Source of the DNA: a virus
Taxonomy: Duplodnaviria; Caudoviricetes
Reading direction: 5' to 3' (one strand)
Virus record (IMG/VR): IMGVR_UViG_3300037478_000223
Span: 9,147-73,146 of that record
DNA length: 64,000 nt
Below the pieces are notes generated by a model. It had not been told where the DNA came from, searched no databases, and saw only the letters and a program-made list of their open reading frames with translations. The translations under genes were made by a program, and so were the position numbers. Positions 35,406 to 44,509 of this stretch are shown here, piece by piece. Positions within the stretch are counted from its first letter, which is position 1. Each line of letters begins with the position of its first letter.

Positions 35406-35583
35406 GCCCAGTTGGCGAGCGCACCGGCGCGGCGGAAGTAGGGCGACTGGGATACGGCATCCATGGCGTCCCAGTCGTGGCCGTCTGATTCGGCGATGAC
35501 GCGGGCGATGTCTTCGTGGATAGCGTGGGTCAAGAAATTGGATTCCAATGGTTCGTGCGGTGCCTCAGATCGTGCTCGGTCTT

Positions 35584-35766
35584 TCAGGTAGTCGAGTACT
35601 GGCATTTCGTCAGGGGCTCCGCGTACGGGAGCCTGACGGGGCACGTGCAGGCGTCATCCTTGGTCTTGGCGCCTTCGGCAAGGTTCGGGCAGTCGCCATC
35701 GGTTCCGTCCGGCCATCGGTCGTGCGGATGGTTTCCTTCCTGGCACATGCGGCACATGGTCATCAT
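35584..35766 (-). CDS. Small Cys-rich protein
   Basis: CRMC, CTC motifs. Confidence 0.45.
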   Translation of the reverse strand: MMTMCRMCQEGNHPHDRWPDGTDGDCPNLAEGAKTKDDACTCPVRLPYAEPLTKCQYSTT

Positions 35767-35776
35767 GAGGCAGCCA

Positions 35777-35980
35777 TTATGTTTCTTCTCGCATGCGTTC
35801 GGAGATGCCCCAGAGCAGTTCGATCAGGTCATCCCTGGTGAACGTCTGGTTCGGCGGGACCTGCTGCTCTACCTGGTCGATCAGTTTGTCGATCAGGTCG
35901 GCGGTGCGTGCCGCAACGAGCATCCTGAACACGTTCTGTTTCCTGCGGTTCAGGTCTACGTCGTCTGAGGGGAGGGTCAT
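35777..35980 (-). CDS. Hypothetical protein
   Basis: ATGA coupling. Confidence 0.5.
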   Translation of the reverse strand: MTLPSDDVDLNRRKQNVFRMLVAARTADLIDKLIDQVEQQVPPNQTFTRDDLIELLWGISERMREET

Positions 35981-36333
35981 GCGTCCTGGACCAGGACGAC
36001 CGTCGTGGCGCCACGGACGTCGGCGCGGTCGCTGTAGTACGGGCAGCCGTATTCGTCCGGGGTGTCCGGCTCGCCGGGCGCCGGGGTGATCTTGACCAGG
36101 CCCGAACGGGGCTTGGGCTCGAAGATGCGCCACTGCCCGTTGCTGTCGATGGGCGGTATGACCGTCAGGTGTGAGATCACCGGGTAGTCGTCGTCAGCGA
36201 TCGACGTCACCTCCAGGATGACAGGGTCGCCTTCGTCCCCCGGGATGTCGGTGAGATCGATCTGTTGGTCGAACTCGCCAGTGACCTGTATGACGTGGTC
36301 TGACACGCCGTAGATGTGTATCCATGTGGGCAT
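35977..36333 (-). CDS. Hypothetical protein
   Basis: AAAGGTG RBS. Confidence 0.6.
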   Translation of the reverse strand: MPTWIHIYGVSDHVIQVTGEFDQQIDLTDIPGDEGDPVILEVTSIADDDYPVISHLTVIPPIDSNGQWRIFEPKPRSGLVKITPAPGEPDTPDEYGCPYYSDRADVRGATTVVLVQDA

Positions 36334-36413
36334 CTGACTTCACCTTTCCTCTCGTGGACTCCCCAGCGTAGGACGCTGGTTGCGGATGAGCCTTTCGAGT
36401 TCGATCGGGTTCG

Positions 36414-36707
36414 CTACTTGGTCTCCGTGTCGTGCGGTCCGAGTAGATGAGCGACAACGACGGACAGTGGCGCGTTAACCCAAGGTCCGGCGTCGGCCGG
36501 GCGGTTCTTGTCGATCGCGCCGATCTGTTCCAGCTCGCGACCTGCCTTCTCCACGTCGAGCGCGGCTGCCACCGTGGCGCGGGCGATCAGGTCCTCGGGG
36601 TCGTAGGCGTCGGATCGGTCAATCAGTGCCTCGGTCGCCCGCCGGATGCACTCGGTGATCTTCACGTCAGCGGCTCGGGTCGCGGGGCCAGTGGGCTTAT
36701 CGTTCAT
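36414..36707 (-). CDS. Hypothetical protein
   Basis: Coupled ORF. Confidence 0.55.
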   Translation of the reverse strand: MNDKPTGPATRAADVKITECIRRATEALIDRSDAYDPEDLIARATVAAALDVEKAGRELEQIGAIDKNRPADAGPWVNAPLSVVVAHLLGPHDTETK

Positions 36708-37066
36708 CGGCTGGTGTCCTCGCTGGTGACGTAGTTGATGGAGTCAACGTGCGCGTCAGAGACGCGACCGGTGATGATGCGCCACATCAGGATGAGGCGA
36801 CCGGTCAGGCGCGTGCGGGTGGGGATGCGCAGTGAGTAGAGCGTGTGGCGTTCCCGGGCCGGTGGCTGCCAGGTGTTGACTTCGATAAATGCGGCGGTCG
36901 GGTTGCCGTCGTCGTCGCGCTTGGTGGTGAGGGTGACGAACCCGTGTCCCTCCCAGGTAATCATGCCGCCTTCATCCACCTGGACCATGCAGCGCAGCCG
37001 CCCGGAGCTTGCTTTCGGGACACGGTGGGTGATGTCGTCAGTCATCGGCTTGTGCGGTCTGGTCAT
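36704..37066 (-). CDS. Hypothetical protein
   Basis: Coupled ORF. Confidence 0.55.
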   Translation of the reverse strand: MTRPHKPMTDDITHRVPKASSGRLRCMVQVDEGGMITWEGHGFVTLTTKRDDDGNPTAAFIEVNTWQPPARERHTLYSLRIPTRTRLTGRLILMWRIITGRVSDAHVDSINYVTSEDTSR

Positions 37067-37368
37067 CGGCTTGCCTCCATGGCGTGGGTGTTCTCGTAGT
37101 GGGCTTGTGCGGCCTGTTCGATGTCGTGCGGGAAACCCTCCGCGTGCCAGCCTTGGTTCTGTGCGTCGCGGTCGGTGAAGCCTCCGCGTCGGGCTGCCTG
37201 GTAGCAGGTGGAGCAGTGCGCCACGGCATGGCCTGTGCCGAGGCGGGCGAGCTTGATCCCTCGGTCTTCCCAGTAGGCGGCGGAGTGCACGGCGTGGCCT
37301 GCTGCCGAGAGCGTCTGCCGGATGTAGGTGAGAGCGGCGTTCCCGGTTTCGGTGCGTGTGGTGGTCAT
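37063..37368 (-). CDS. Hypothetical protein
   Basis: Coupled ORF. Confidence 0.55.
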   Translation of the reverse strand: MTTTRTETGNAALTYIRQTLSAAGHAVHSAAYWEDRGIKLARLGTGHAVAHCSTCYQAARRGGFTDRDAQNQGWHAEGFPHDIEQAAQAHYENTHAMEASR

Positions 37369-37580
37369 TCCGGGTTGACCTCCTGGTTCATCTGCCGGAT
37401 GTCGATTGTGCGGATTTCGATGGTGTTGAGGAACACGAGCCCGTCACTCACTGAGACGCCGGTCCAGTCAGATTCGACGATCGATCTAAGTACTTCTTGG
37501 TAGGTTTCGGCCTCGACAGGGATGGGGATGATGTAGGTTTCCCCGCTCTTCATCTTGATTGTCACGTGGTAAGTGTTCAT
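37365..37580 (-). CDS. Hypothetical protein
   Basis: Coupled ORF. Confidence 0.55.
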   Translation of the reverse strand: MNTYHVTIKMKSGETYIIPIPVEAETYQEVLRSIVESDWTGVSVSDGLVFLNTIEIRTIDIRQMNQEVNPE

Positions 37581-37762
37581 CGACGCCTTTTCCGTTCAGT
37601 CGTCGTGTTGATCATGAAGATGATGACCGGTCCGCCGAGCACGAGTGCCACGCCGATGAGCGCGCATACCCAGATGGGGAGGTTCAGGAGTAGCGAGACA
37701 AGAGCTGCGATCGTGCCACTGAGGACTACTCTGAGAAGGGTGATTTCCTGTGCTTGGGTCAT
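37577..37762 (-). CDS. Small 2-TM membrane protein
   Basis: Hydrophobic with basic C-terminus. Confidence 0.55.
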   Translation of the reverse strand: MTQAQEITLLRVVLSGTIAALVSLLLNLPIWVCALIGVALVLGGPVIIFMINTTTERKRRR

Positions 37763-38094
37763 GGGGTGGTCTCCGGTGCGGTGAGTTTGGTTGAGATTTC
37801 AACTGGTATGCCGATGGCCTCGTGGATGGCCTGGTAGATGCCGTCCGTGATCAGAGAGGCCATGACGTAGCCGGGCGGTGTGGGGGTCTTGGTGTGCATG
37901 GTCAGGAACGCGATGCGCAACACCAGGTGTTCGCAGTCGACCGACCAGACGCCGTTCGCGGCCTCGGCGCGTGCCGTGGCGAGGCTGTCCCACAGGCAGC
38001 GCAGTTCGAACGCGACAGGATCAGGCTGGGGGTTTTCGGCTGCTTCGTTCGCCGTCATCCACGCGGTGTAGGCGACCGGTCTTGATGGATTCAT
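37759..38094 (-). CDS. Hypothetical protein
   Basis: Coupled ORF. Confidence 0.55.
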   Translation of the reverse strand: MNPSRPVAYTAWMTANEAAENPQPDPVAFELRCLWDSLATARAEAANGVWSVDCEHLVLRIAFLTMHTKTPTPPGYVMASLITDGIYQAIHEAIGIPVEISTKLTAPETTP

Positions 38095-38678
38095 GGGCGC
38101 GTTGTTCCTGTCGGCATGGCGTTTTCGGTGATCGGGTGTGCGTCGGTGGGGATGCCAGCGGCTTCCAGTTCCGCCAGGAAGTCATCCCTGTTTGGGATGC
38201 GCGGCGGTAGAACCTGGGGGGTCTTCTTTGGCTTCGGGATGGCGTACTGAGCCAGTTCCGCGAGCGTGCGCCCGTTCGCTTCGATGGCCTGACGCGGAGC
38301 GCCCATCACCATGATGTCGGCCTGGTGGGTCGCATCATCGGCAGTGAGCCCGTCGCCAACACCCTGGTTCCACGCTCTGATCCACTGGCGCTCGCGGCTG
38401 CTGTCGTCCGCGAGGTCGCGGGGCGGCAGCCGGTCTTTCTCCATGCGGCTGATGACGTCGTTGCGCAGCTTGCGGACCGTGTGGCGCACGTCGGCGGGGG
38501 TCACCCATCGTTCTGCGCCGGTGCGGTAGGTGATGAGTTCCCGGGCGGCTGCCGTGGAGTCGTTGAACCGGATGTCTTCCAGGGCCAGGGCCCAGACGTC
38601 AGCTTGGTCTTGCTGGACGTGCATGAGTCCGGCGGCGGAGAGGATGCCGATGAGTTTGAGTGCTTCGGTCTTGTTCAC
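38091..38678 (-). CDS. Replicative helicase loader/inhibitor (G39P-like)
   Basis: EALKLIGILSAA...DVWALALEDIRF...WVTPADVR pattern; directly downstream of initiator. Confidence 0.65.
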   Translation of the reverse strand: MNKTEALKLIGILSAAGLMHVQQDQADVWALALEDIRFNDSTAAARELITYRTGAERWVTPADVRHTVRKLRNDVISRMEKDRLPPRDLADDSSRERQWIRAWNQGVGDGLTADDATHQADIMVMGAPRQAIEANGRTLAELAQYAIPKPKKTPQVLPPRIPNRDDFLAELEAAGIPTDAHPITENAMPTGTTRP

Positions 38679-38730
38679 AACGCTTTAGGCCCCTTCCATG
38701 GTTGTGGTTGATGGTGTCCCGACAACATGT

Positions 38731-38771
38731 ACGTTACACGCCTGCCCGGTGTGGTGCAACGTTGCCGTTGC
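38731..38771 (-). promoter_or_regulatory. Operator-promoter GCAAC-N6-GTTGC, TTGCAC-17-TAACGT
   Basis: Direct sequence match. Confidence 0.85.
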
Positions 38772-38776
38772 ACCGG

Positions 38777-39904
38777 TTAACCGGCCGTGACCTGCCGCAA
38801 CAGATCCATCGGGGATGCCTCGATCGCCGGTCCCTCGGACGTGGCAGCACCCTGAGCCGCTTCTCGTTCCAGGCGCTCCATCTCTGACGTCAGGATCGCC
38901 TTACGCCGGTCCATCGGGCGCATCGACGCGCCGCCGTCTCGCGCACGGACGGCCTGAGCCTGCATCTTGGCGTAGTTCTTCCGCAGCGAAGCGGCCCCGA
39001 GGATCACCCCGGACCAGAACTGATCCGCACGCGCCCAGTCGATCGCAGCGCGAACCTTCTCGGGGCTACGCCCGTCGATGTCCACGAGCCTGCGCATCGT
39101 GTCGAACGCGTTCTTGCTCGCCTTCGGGCGCTCGCCGGTGCACTGCTGCACGGACTCGGCCAGGTACTCCAGGAGTTCGAGGATGTCCGGCCGCGCGTCC
39201 GCTACGCCCTTCCACGCGGCCTGCTTCGGCTTGGAAGCGCCCGGGGCGTCATGGCCGGGTGCGGGGACGTCCTGGACGTGCTGGGGCGCCTCTGCGTGGT
39301 TGTGGCCGTCAGCGCGAGAGCGTCCGCACCGGACGCACCCGGGGGCGTCTTCGTCGGCGTCTTCGTCGATGGTGGGTTGCGTCGGCCCTGCCGCGTCAGC
39401 GGCCGGGGGGAGATCCGCGTCAGCGGTTCGAGGGGTGTCGTTCTTCCACTGGCTCTCGTTCAACTGGCTCTCGTTCTTTCCCTCCCCACTTACTGGGGAG
39501 GCCCCCTCCCCACTTACTGGGGAGGCCCCCTCCCCACTTACTGGGGAGGCTGCCGGGTCCGGTGCGAGGGGGATGACTTCGACCGTGTAGCTCGTTGAGG
39601 TCTGCATCCCGTTGTCGCGGAATCGCAGTTCACGGGTCAGGGCTCCGGCCGTGACCAGTTCGGCAAGCCACTTGTCGATCGACGTCAACGAGACGCCCGT
39701 TTCTCCCAGGGTGCGGCCGGGCATCCTCTCGGCCAGGGTCTTGCGCTTGGGCCACGCTTCGTCGTCCGTGTTCGCGTAGCGGGCCAGGAGTGCGTACAGG
39801 CGCATGGCTCCGTTGGAGATGTTCGGGTCCATGATGATCCACTCGGGGATCTGCGCGAATCGGACTCGTGCCCGGACTCCAACGCGTTCGTGGCTGTCGG
39901 CCAT
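38777..39904 (-). CDS. Replication initiator, lambda-O-like (N-terminal HTH, C-terminal FWSGVIL...LRKNY)
   Basis: FAQIPEWI...AMRLYALL...AWPKRKTLAERM wHTH; internal DNA repeats. Confidence 0.8.
   Translation of the reverse strand: MADSHERVGVRARVRFAQIPEWIIMDPNISNGAMRLYALLARYANTDDEAWPKRKTLAERMPGRTLGETGVSLTSIDKWLAELVTAGALTRELRFRDNGMQTSTSYTVEVIPLAPDPAASPVSGEGASPVSGEGASPVSGEGKNESQLNESQWKNDTPRTADADLPPAADAAGPTQPTIDEDADEDAPGCVRCGRSRADGHNHAEAPQHVQDVPAPGHDAPGASKPKQAAWKGVADARPDILELLEYLAESVQQCTGERPKASKNAFDTMRRLVDIDGRSPEKVRAAIDWARADQFWSGVILGAASLRKNYAKMQAQAVRARDGGASMRPMDRRKAILTSEMERLEREAAQGAATSEGPAIEASPMDLLRQVTAG
39446..39550. repeat. Iteron-like repeats inside initiator gene (probable origin)
   Basis: 3 x 24 bp CCTCCCCACTTACTGGGGAGGCCC (39481, 39505, 39529), each internally palindromic; 2 x 15 bp C(C/A)ACTGGCTCTCGTT. 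Confidence 0.8.
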
Positions 39905-40002
39905 GTTCCACCTCTCTGCGTCGAGAGTGGTAGCAGCAACCCAGCGTGAGCATGTAGACTTCTCACGTTCATCAGGTTTGGAGTGCTCTACCACTCGAAT
40001 CT

Positions 40003-40041
40003 AGGCCGGACCCCGTAGCGGGGGTCCGGCCTGAACTTTTT
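40003..40041 (+). terminator. 12-bp stem hairpin followed by T5
   Basis: AGGCCGGACCCC / GGGGTCCGGCCT then GAACTTTTT. Confidence 0.6.
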
Positions 40042-40101
40042 CCTGACGGTCAGCGTACATGCCGCAGCAGGGTTCGTCGCGCGACGCGTGGAGTGTGTCA
40101 G

Positions 40102-40142
40102 GCAACATCGAAGTTGCACGTCGGGGCTGTGATCTGTAACGT
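40102..40142 (+). promoter_or_regulatory. Operator-promoter GCAAC-N6-GTTGC, TTGCAC-17-TAACGT
   Basis: Direct sequence match. Confidence 0.85.
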
Positions 40143-40185
40143 AGTGGGTGTCAGGGAACACCACCACCGAACAGGGAGACACGAC

Positions 40186-40455
40186 ATGGCCACCACAATC
40201 AACTACCCGCCCGAGTCCGTCTGGAATCTGATGGGCGAGTGGTACCCGGTCCCCGAGGCCAGCACCAACTACGCGAACCGCACCCCCGAGGAGAACACCC
40301 TGCGCGTCGGCCACGAGAACCCCCACGGCAGGACCGTCACCCGACTGGAGTTCACCCCCAGCATCGCCGGAGTCCCCGAGCAGGTCCGCGAAACCTGGAC
40401 CGGCCCGGACGGCAAGGACTGGTCCGCCATCCACCACGCCGGGCCGGTGCGCTGA
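40186..40455 (+). CDS. Hypothetical protein (monocistronic cassette)
   Basis: Promoter, RBS AGGGAG, terminator. Confidence 0.7.
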   Translation: MATTINYPPESVWNLMGEWYPVPEASTNYANRTPEENTLRVGHENPHGRTVTRLEFTPSIAGVPEQVRETWTGPDGKDWSAIHHAGPVR

Positions 40456-40471
40456 CCGGCCACGCGCCCAG

Positions 40472-40520
40472 ACGTGAGAAGGGGCCACCTCGCAACCTGC
40501 GAGGTGGCCCCTTCTCACGT
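40472..40520. terminator. 23-bp perfect stem hairpin between convergent genes
   Basis: ACGTGAGAAGGGGCCACCTCGCA-ACC-TGCGAGGTGGCCCCTTCTCACGT. Confidence 0.8.
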
Positions 40521-40524
40521 GCGC

Positions 40525-40935
40525 TCAGCTTGCCGACGTCTGGTGCGGGCGAGGCTTCAAGTTCAGGCGCCACGCCGAGAACTCCCCCGGCTTGCGTCCC
40601 TGAGTCTTACGTCCCGGACGCATCAACTCAATCCAGCCCCCATCCTCCAGAACCTCCATCACCGGATCCACGAGCGCCCCAATCTCCGCCGGAGACTGGT
40701 CGGTCCGGCCCGTAAGCACCCCGGCAAGGCGCCGCGCCCCCAGCTTGTACCGCAAGAACGTCTCACTCTGGGTGTTCGTGTACCGCATCGCGCCCGCGAT
40801 CATCTCCACGAACACCAGCCGTGCCGCGTCGTCGGTCAGCATGTTGGACGCCAGCGCAGCCGCCATGATTTCGGTCTTCAACCGAACGTCAAGCGTCTCC
40901 TTGACAGGCTCTTGACCAGCAACGTTCTCAGACAT
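40525..40935 (-). CDS. Possible winged-helix DNA-binding protein
   Basis: C-terminal LEDGGWIELMRPG...WRL resembles wHTH wing; weak. Confidence 0.5.
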   Translation of the reverse strand: MSENVAGQEPVKETLDVRLKTEIMAAALASNMLTDDAARLVFVEMIAGAMRYTNTQSETFLRYKLGARRLAGVLTGRTDQSPAEIGALVDPVMEVLEDGGWIELMRPGRKTQGRKPGEFSAWRLNLKPRPHQTSAS

Positions 40936-41058
40936 CGTGGTTCCCCGTTCATGAGTGGTGTAAGTGTCACCTCAATGCTCTCACGAGCCCAGAACCTCCC
41001 AGAAACGCCCAACCATGGAGACACCCGCACACCCTCCGACACGTGTGACGCGCGACAC

Positions 41059-41099
41059 ACAACGCCCGTGTTGCGGGCATCACGGAGAGTCCGTAACGT
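41059..41099 (+). promoter_or_regulatory. Operator-promoter ACAAC-N6-GTTGC, TTGCGG-17-TAACGT
   Basis: Direct sequence match. Confidence 0.8.
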
Positions 41100-41139
41100 C
41101 ATCCGGGACAGTCGGGAACACGACGAACAGGAGAAACAC

Positions 41140-41418
41140 ATGACCCGTCACACGGCACAGGACATGGCCGACGCCGCGCGCGACGCTCTCAACGAAGCCA
41201 TCGCGAACACGGTGAGCACCATGCGCCGGTACGCCGACGAGATCGAACGCGACTGCGCCCGAACCAGCATTCCCGCCAACCGTGCCTCTGCGGCGCTCGC
41301 TGGCATCGGGCACATGATGACCAACATCGACATGCGCGGCATTGCCTACTGGGCTGCCTGCGAGGCCAGTGACACAGCCGAGGCCGACGCCGCCAAGACC
41401 GGGAAGGGCGACGCCTGA
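41140..41418 (+). CDS. Hypothetical protein
   Basis: AGGAGA RBS after promoter. Confidence 0.65.
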   Translation: MTRHTAQDMADAARDALNEAIANTVSTMRRYADEIERDCARTSIPANRASAALAGIGHMMTNIDMRGIAYWAACEASDTAEADAAKTGKGDA

Positions 41419-41912
41419 TGGGTTACACCTACGAGACACGCGACGCCGTCGCCACCATGGTCCGCGCGGCGGTCCCCCACGATGGTCACTACGACATCGA
41501 AGCCATCACGGCCTACCTCTGGATGAAGACGGATGTGAACTCAGGGTTCATGGACGTCACCGTGGGTGAGTTCTGGGATGTCGTGGACAGCAACCGTATC
41601 GACCTGCCGCAGCTTCGATCCACGGCACATCTCGTCGCCGCTATCGTCTTCCAGAAGAACGCATCGATCCTGTCCGACGTCTACGAGAAGCCGGAGGGCA
41701 TGACCGCACCGGTGTACCGCGTCGACGTGGAGCACGAGAACGAGAACCGGCAGTGGCACATCAAGTTCATCGACGTTCAGCGCAACTCGCCCGTGGTGAA
41801 GATCTTCGAGATCCTATCTGTGGGCTCCGAGCCGCCGTACGACGAAGAAGAGGTCATGACGACCGATGACGCGACACAGGCACTCGCCAAGCTCGCTGAG
41901 TTGCTGTCGTGA
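41418..41912 (+). CDS. Hypothetical protein
   Basis: TGATG coupling. Confidence 0.65.
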   Translation: MGYTYETRDAVATMVRAAVPHDGHYDIEAITAYLWMKTDVNSGFMDVTVGEFWDVVDSNRIDLPQLRSTAHLVAAIVFQKNASILSDVYEKPEGMTAPVYRVDVEHENENRQWHIKFIDVQRNSPVVKIFEILSVGSEPPYDEEEVMTTDDATQALAKLAELLS

Positions 41913-41935
41913 CTCGCGCATGAACCGAACCAGCG

Positions 41936-41978
41936 CGTGAGGCCGCGCACCTGCAATTTGCAGGTGCGCGGCCTCACG
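41936..41978. terminator. 21-bp perfect inverted repeat
   Basis: CGTGAGGCCGCGCACCTGCAA-T-TTGCAGGTGCGCGGCCTCACG. Confidence 0.7.
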
Positions 41979-42007
41979 TGCATCCAACGAAGGAAGGAAC
42001 GGCAACC

Positions 42008-42229
42008 ATGCAACACGAACACCGCACCGAGGCGATGGATGAACTTGCAGCCGCCGTCGCGTGCATCCGTCGCGCTGGCGTGCACCTGGTCCAGTCCGGC
42101 GACATCGACACCGGCCGCGACGATGTTGCAACCCGGTCCATGTCAGGCGTCATCACGGCATCCGAGAGGTGGTGCGTGGAAGCGCTGGTGGCGATCAACG
42201 CTCGCATGCCCGAGCGCGTGCCTGCATGA
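42008..42229 (+). CDS. Hypothetical protein
   Basis: GAAGGAA RBS. Confidence 0.55.
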   Translation: MQHEHRTEAMDELAAAVACIRRAGVHLVQSGDIDTGRDDVATRSMSGVITASERWCVEALVAINARMPERVPA

Positions 42230-42486
42230 CATTGAGTGCATGCAGGCACGCGCACGCCACCGGATGCAGGTAACCGGGGTGCATGCACCTCGGGATACAT
42301 AAGGGGACCCTGGCCACCCGCCAGGGTCCCCTTCCACTCACTCACACTCACACCCGAAGGAACGAAGGGCGTGCACGGCCAAGACTAGTGCACCAGAGTC
42401 GGTGAACGGGATGCACGTCACGAGCCCTTGCAGGCACCCGGTTGCATGCAATCGGGTGCCTGCAACGCTGCACCTGCAAGAAGAGA

Positions 42487-42527
42487 GCAACACGGGGGTT
42501 GCATGCGTTACACACGTGCGGTACTGT
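42487..42527 (+). promoter_or_regulatory. Operator-promoter GCAAC-N6-GTTGC, TTGCAT-17-TACTGT
   Basis: Direct sequence match. Confidence 0.8.
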
Positions 42528-42572
42528 GCATGCATCGGGAACATCAACCGCACTCACGGAAGGAACCACGCC

Positions 42573-43715
42573 ATGCACACCGAGAACCCCCGCATCATCA
42601 AGATCATCGTCGCCGTCATCGTCGTCGCCGTCATCGCCGTGGCGATCGTGGCCAACGGAGCCGCCTACCTCGGCGGCACCGCCTTCGTCCGCGACGTCAT
42701 GGGCGAGAGCCAGACCACCGCCTACGTGTTCGGCGGCATCCTTGAAATGACCCTGGCCGTGCTATCCCTCACGGTCCTTGCCCGCTCGTACATGCTCCAG
42801 CCCACCGCAGGCGTACGCGCCGCGCTCTGGGCCGCTGCCGTGGCGTCAGCCGCGTTCGGCGCGATCCACGAGATCGTTGCTTACGCCACCGGTGAGATGA
42901 CGCTCTACCAGGCGATCCCCGCCGCCGCATGGCGCGTCGGCGCCGTCGCCGCGTCCGTCGCGCTCTGGGAACTGGTGATCAAGCTGGTGTGCGGCCCCCG
43001 TGCCCGGGAAGCTCGTGACGCCGAGAACCAGCACAAGCTCATGTACCGCTACTTGAAGGCCGTTCAGTGGGTCGGTCTGACCCAGGGCACCCGCTTTGCA
43101 TCCCTTGCACGCATGCTGGAACGGCGTGCACGCATGCAGACCGCCAAGCACGTCACCCCCGAGCAGCGGACCGCGATCCTGGAGAAGTTCCACGAGTCGC
43201 AGGAAGCCAGCGCGGTCATCTCCGTCGCGATGGCGTCCCTGGCTCAGACGACGGACGACGCGTTGAGGGACCTGGGTGACGTGTCCGCCCCGCACCTGTC
43301 CCAGCCGATCACCCGCGCAGCGCTCGGGAGCATGCACCCTGCAAGCTCGGACGCCATGCACGTGCAGACGGTGCAGGCCGTACAGGAAGTGCAGACGGTG
43401 CAGGACGTGCAGGACGTTCCGCAGGTGCAGGAGATTTCCCCGGTGCAGGAAGCCGAGACGTACACACGCACCGCCGCCGCCACGGTGGCCGACCGGTCCC
43501 GCGCGATCCGCGCTGACCTCGCCGCCGCATCCAAGCCAGCGACGTCCACGCGCAACAACGCCTCGCGCCGGAAGGAAGCAATCGCGCTCATCCGTGAGCA
43601 CTGGTCAAGCCGCGATGAGGTCACGATCCCCCAGGCGCACAGCATGCTCATGGCCGCCGGGTTCGACCACCACGAGCGCTCCACGGGCAACTGGCTCGCC
43701 GCTGCATTCTCCTGA
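42573..43715 (+). CDS. Spd/DUF2637-like multi-TM protein with C-terminal winged-helix-like domain
   Basis: 4 N-terminal TM helices, helical linker, VQ(T/D/E) repeats, C-terminal RRKEAIALIREHW...STGNWL. Confidence 0.6.
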   Translation: MHTENPRIIKIIVAVIVVAVIAVAIVANGAAYLGGTAFVRDVMGESQTTAYVFGGILEMTLAVLSLTVLARSYMLQPTAGVRAALWAAAVASAAFGAIHEIVAYATGEMTLYQAIPAAAWRVGAVAASVALWELVIKLVCGPRAREARDAENQHKLMYRYLKAVQWVGLTQGTRFASLARMLERRARMQTAKHVTPEQRTAILEKFHESQEASAVISVAMASLAQTTDDALRDLGDVSAPHLSQPITRAALGSMHPASSDAMHVQTVQAVQEVQTVQDVQDVPQVQEISPVQEAETYTRTAAATVADRSRAIRADLAAASKPATSTRNNASRRKEAIALIREHWSSRDEVTIPQAHSMLMAAGFDHHERSTGNWLAAAFS

Positions 43716-43811
43716 CAGATGCACCATGCAAACCGTGCGTGCATGCCCCGCACCCTGCAACATGCGGGGCATGCACACCCACGACACACCCCACCAGGAA
43801 GGAACCATGCA

Positions 43812-44090
43812 ATGAACACCACCCCCAGCCAAGATGCAAGCAACGAGCCTGCACGCAAGGTACGCACGTGCTCCATGTGCCCGAACACGTTCGACGTGCA
43901 CCCCAACAACGGCAAGACACGCGACACGTGCTCGAACGCTTGCAGGCAAGCCAAGTACCGCGCCAGCAAGGCACTGCCCAAGTTCCGGCGCGCGGGAGCA
44001 CCCCGCCGCAACATCCCCACGGCGGCAGAAGCCGAAGCGCGATCCCTCACCGAACTGTCCAAGTCCATCAGATCCGGAACCAGCGAATGA
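43812..44090 (+). CDS. Zinc-finger protein (CSMC...TCSNACR)
   Basis: Motif shared with 12209-12700 product. Confidence 0.6.
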   Translation: MNTTPSQDASNEPARKVRTCSMCPNTFDVHPNNGKTRDTCSNACRQAKYRASKALPKFRRAGAPRRNIPTAAEAEARSLTELSKSIRSGTSE

Positions 44091-44227
44091 ACGTGTTCGA
44101 GGTCGCCGCGATCCTCGCCGTCTGCGCTCTGGCGTGGCTGGCGCTTGGCCGGTTCCGCCGAGGCTTCGTCAGGTGGGTTGTCCTGGCCGTCGCTGTCCTC
44201 CTGATGGTCCGTTCACTGACCGGATGA
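44087..44227 (+). CDS. Small 2-TM peptide
   Basis: ATGA coupling, hydrophobic. Confidence 0.55.
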   Translation: MNVFEVAAILAVCALAWLALGRFRRGFVRWVVLAVAVLLMVRSLTG

Positions 44228-44234
44228 CCAGCCT

Positions 44235-44458
44235 GTGACCGAGAAAGCCGCCCCCCTCCAAACAGCCAGTTCCAGCCCGGAACCAGGCGTCTGGAGGGGG
44301 GTCTGTCATGCCGGTCACAACCACCTCATGTAGCCTCGCAACGGCTACATAGCAACGATTCCGCCCGTAACCCAGGCTGGTCACACACGCCGGTCACGCC
44401 CGGTCACGTGACCGGCATGTGACCGCCGGTAACCGCACCTGTGACCGCCCACGGTTAC
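44235..44458. repeat. Cluster of GGTCAC/GTGACC (GGTNAC) motifs in both orientations
   Basis: About ten copies, e.g. CCGGTCAC 44311, 44390, 44400; GTGACCG 44408, 44419, 44441. Confidence 0.7.
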
Positions 44459-44509
44459 ACGCTCCGCAAGCACTCACGACGCCCCGTAGACGGGCAAGGA
44501 AGGGGCCAC

